Below are positions 42,991-45,095 of a DNA stretch of 45,095 bases, piece after piece. The notes below the pieces were generated by a model that was given only the letters and a program-made list of their open reading frames with translations, did no database searches and was not told the DNA's origin. A program made the position numbers and the translations under genes. The DNA is from a virus, in IMG/VR virus record IMGVR_UViG_3300045988_132337, positions 1-45,095 of that record; one strand, written 5' to 3'. How positions within the stretch are numbered: the first letter of the stretch is position 1; each line of letters begins with the position of its first letter.

Positions 42991-43051
42991 TATTATCACA
43001 TCCTAATAAATTTAATAGTTTAGCATTATTTTCATCGATTCTTATAAACAT
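42983..43051 (-). CDS. Possible 22-codon leader ORF overlapping the terS start
   Basis: AAGGAGGAAAAT-ATG gives MFIRIDENNAKLLNLLGCDNND. It has a strong RBS but is very short. Confidence 0.25.
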   Translation of the reverse strand: MFIRIDENNAKLLNLLGCDNND

Positions 43052-43071
43052 ATTTTCCTCCTTAAAATTAG

Positions 43072-43330
43072 TAAATGACATTATGACGTTGACATATAGG
43101 GTCATTATTATATATATGTAATTATATATATTTTTAGTGTTTTTTATTTATTTCTTAATAATATATATATTGAACGTCATAAATGTCATAATATATAAAA
43201 AACCTTACAATACCAACGGTTTTAGGGCATGACGATTATATTTTTATTATTGTCATTTTATTGTCATAATTTTAATATGAATGTCATAATTTCGAACCGC
43301 TGGTAAATGTCGTGACAATAAATGTCGTTA
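43072..43330. repeat. Iteron cluster (TGTCATAAT-like, about 10 copies) flanking an AT-only stretch; putative replication origin, alternatively pac/TerS sites
   Basis: aTGTCATAAT at 43183..43192 and 43281..43290; tTGTCATAAT at 43261..43270. Variants: cGTCATAAa 43176, tGTCATttt 43252, gGTCATtat 43101, TGTCGT 43308 and 43323. Two copies are inverted at 43072..43090. The stretch 43106..43170 has only 3 G/C bases. Confidence 0.55.
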
Positions 43331-45095
43331 ACTATGACGCTTGATGCCTCTGTATGACGATTTTCTATACTCCTCTATGTCATTCCTATATTCTTTAGCA
43401 CACTTTAAAAATTCTTTCTTAAATGCTCTCATGTTACTTTTGTATGTATAGCCGTTACGCGCCGACCATGAAGAATATAATGAATATAATTCCTGATTAG
43501 TGAGTTCGCTTACTTCGCGATAAACAGTATTGCAGTCGCTGTCTAATTCTTCAATAGTCCAGTTGAACTCCTTAGTAAAAAGCACGATAGGATTTGCTGT
43601 CTCCTTGTATTCTTCCATCTGTTCCTTCTGATCATCGGGAATCGTAAACTTACCATTATGTTTTAGTTTTTTATATCCCTCATATACCCAGTTGAATATA
43701 CCTGACAGATTTTCAGGTGTTTGTAATTTAGCTTCGATGTTTCTATCTGCGCTACGTTCATTTTCATTTACCGGGTTGTCTGTAAATTTAAATGGAAACT
43801 TTAAAATAAGCATTCTTCGCGTAAATCCATCAGTTAGATCGCGGGATTTTGGCAGTTCGTTACATCCAAAGAATAATTTGCACCGAGGCTTGAACTGGAT
43901 AAAGTCCTTGCCTTTGTAGCAAGCCTGAATCGGATCTCCGGCAACAACCGATTTGAAATTGGTTTCCGCCCCCTTGGAATCTGTCTTAGTTTCGTTAGAA
44001 ACATTTATCAGTTTACCCATCAGGTAGATGAGCTGAAATTTATCATTGAACGCTGTAAGCTCTACATTAGATACATTCGAAGCACCGCCAAAAACACGCT
44101 GTATTGTGTTTAGATATACTGATTTACCATTAGCCCCATTTCCTACTAAGTAAAGTGCTGACTGTAATATGTTTGTTGAATATAAAGCGTACCCCGAATA
44201 TTCCTGAAGCAGTTGGATTTTCTTGGGATCATCGAAAATTGAATTGATGAATTTATCCCAGTCACTTGAATGAGCATTTGGATTGTACGGATAAGGCAGT
44301 TCATATGATAAAAAATCATTTTCGTTATGCTCACGTAAATTTCCAGTTTCGATTTCAAATGTACCGTTAACGAAATTTATAAGCGGTTTCTCGTTAGGAA
44401 TTTTATCCGTAACTGTATCTGCCTTGATTAACCCTAAAACTGAATTTAATTTAGATAATGTACGTACTGAACTGTATTCCTGACCGATATATTTACGACA
44501 CTGTTCATCAGTTATTGACTGCCAGTATCGCCCGTTGTATTCCATTATCCCCAATGATGGATTATGTATAAATTTATGTTTTTTCATGACGACCTTTGCT
44601 ATTTCATCGTCTGTTGATGGTTTTAATGACATAGATTTTACCTCCTTGATCCACTCTTTTGACGCATCAGGGAAAATTTGATCCCTGATTATAACATCAA
44701 AAATATCAATGATATCTGTACGTTTTATATAACGCCGATTATTAATTATAAAGTTTTCAAAATCTTCCTTATTTTTAAACATTTTAGCTAATGATTTAAT
44801 ACCTTGCTCTGCATCGTTGATTAAAGCAGCTAAATTCCCACCATCCTGATAGTAGTCTGAAATATCCTTATATTTAGATGGGGGTGTTGATACAATGAAC
44901 GGTATGTGATAGCTGAATAATTTTTTGGCCATTGAAACTGTAAACTGTCCGCCTGATTTATCGTTGTCGAACGTCAATAGGACCTTGTCAAAATTTTTAG
45001 CTATCTGTAATATATGTTTTGTTTGTTTTTTTGAAAAAGCCCCCCCCGCCATACTTAATACAGCGTAGTTTTCCTGATAGAACGATAAATAATCA
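43328..45095 (-). CDS. DNA primase/helicase, C-terminal part (Toprim DxD, D5/P4-type SF3 helicase); the N-terminus is at 1..711
   Basis: LLTFDNDKSGG is the Toprim motif. LVGNGANGKSVYLN is a D5/P4 family Walker A. The combined protein is 807 aa. Confidence 0.85.
   Translation of the reverse strand, partial: DYLSFYQENYAVLSMAGGAFSKKQTKHILQIAKNFDKVLLTFDNDKSGGQFTVSMAKKLFSYHIPFIVSTPPSKYKDISDYYQDGGNLAALINDAEQGIKSLAKMFKNKEDFENFIINNRRYIKRTDIIDIFDVIIRDQIFPDASKEWIKEVKSMSLKPSTDDEIAKVVMKKHKFIHNPSLGIMEYNGRYWQSITDEQCRKYIGQEYSSVRTLSKLNSVLGLIKADTVTDKIPNEKPLINFVNGTFEIETGNLREHNENDFLSYELPYPYNPNAHSSDWDKFINSIFDDPKKIQLLQEYSGYALYSTNILQSALYLVGNGANGKSVYLNTIQRVFGGASNVSNVELTAFNDKFQLIYLMGKLINVSNETKTDSKGAETNFKSVVAGDPIQACYKGKDFIQFKPRCKLFFGCNELPKSRDLTDGFTRRMLILKFPFKFTDNPVNENERSADRNIEAKLQTPENLSGIFNWVYEGYKKLKHNGKFTIPDDQKEQMEEYKETANPIVLFTKEFNWTIEELDSDCNTVYREVSELTNQELYSLYSSWSARNGYTYKSNMRAFKKEFLKCAKEYRNDIEEYRKSSYRGIKRHS
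45041..45095. repeat. Terminal overlap, identical to 1..55
   Basis: Exact 55-bp match to the start of the window. Confidence 0.95.

Larger units (their letters stand above)
1..45095. mobile_element. Complete temperate siphovirus-like phage genome, circular contig with a 45,040 bp unit
   Basis: A full set of lysogeny, replication, packaging, head, tail and lysis modules is present. The 55-bp ends are identical. One gene is continuous across the junction. Confidence 0.85.

Noticed and set aside
43072-43330. CRISPR array
   Set aside because: The repeats are only about 9 bp long, irregularly spaced, partly inverted and degenerate. This is an iteron pattern, not a repeat-spacer array of 24-48 bp units.

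Overview
This window is a complete temperate, siphovirus-like phage genome from a low-GC host, probably a Firmicute. It was assembled as a circular contig. Bases 1..55 are identical to 45041..45095, so the unit length is 45,040 bp. The contig was opened inside a primase/helicase gene that reads across the junction. Almost all genes are on the minus strand. Read in decreasing coordinates, the order is: cro-like gene (13642), antirepressor, small early genes, a replication module (AAA_24 ATPase, Gp157-like, DUF669-like, SF2 helicase), an orphan DNA methyltransferase, about 20 small early ORFs (VRR-NUC, YopX, DUF551-like, dUTPase-like), primase/helicase (711 -> junction -> 43328), an iteron/AT-rich putative origin, terS, a 4.85-kb accessory island, terL, portal, scaffold, capsid, neck proteins, tail tube, the G/GT chaperone with a -1 frameshift, a 1533-aa tape measure, tail tip and fibre proteins, two holin-like genes and an NlpC/P60-SH3 endolysin. 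The plus-strand lysogeny block is a CI-like repressor, a membrane zinc-ribbon protein, a tyrosine integrase and an attP-like repeat region. The most unusual feature is the island at 37483..42336 that separates terS from terL. It has its own near-consensus promoters and terminators. It carries a P22 immI-like module (RHH + AntA antirepressor, divergent from an XRE repressor), a promoter-driven small lipoprotein, an HTH + small serine recombinase operon, an unknown 232-aa protein and a 33-aa hydrophobic toxin-like peptide. Other notable points are an in-frame TGA in a 3D-domain gene, an A7 frameshift in a small gene upstream of terL, standalone SH3 ORFs after the endolysin, and operator-like TGTC-N8-GACA palindromes. 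All functional calls come from motif recognition and gene order only. No database search was possible. I recognised no tRNA, rRNA or CRISPR array.
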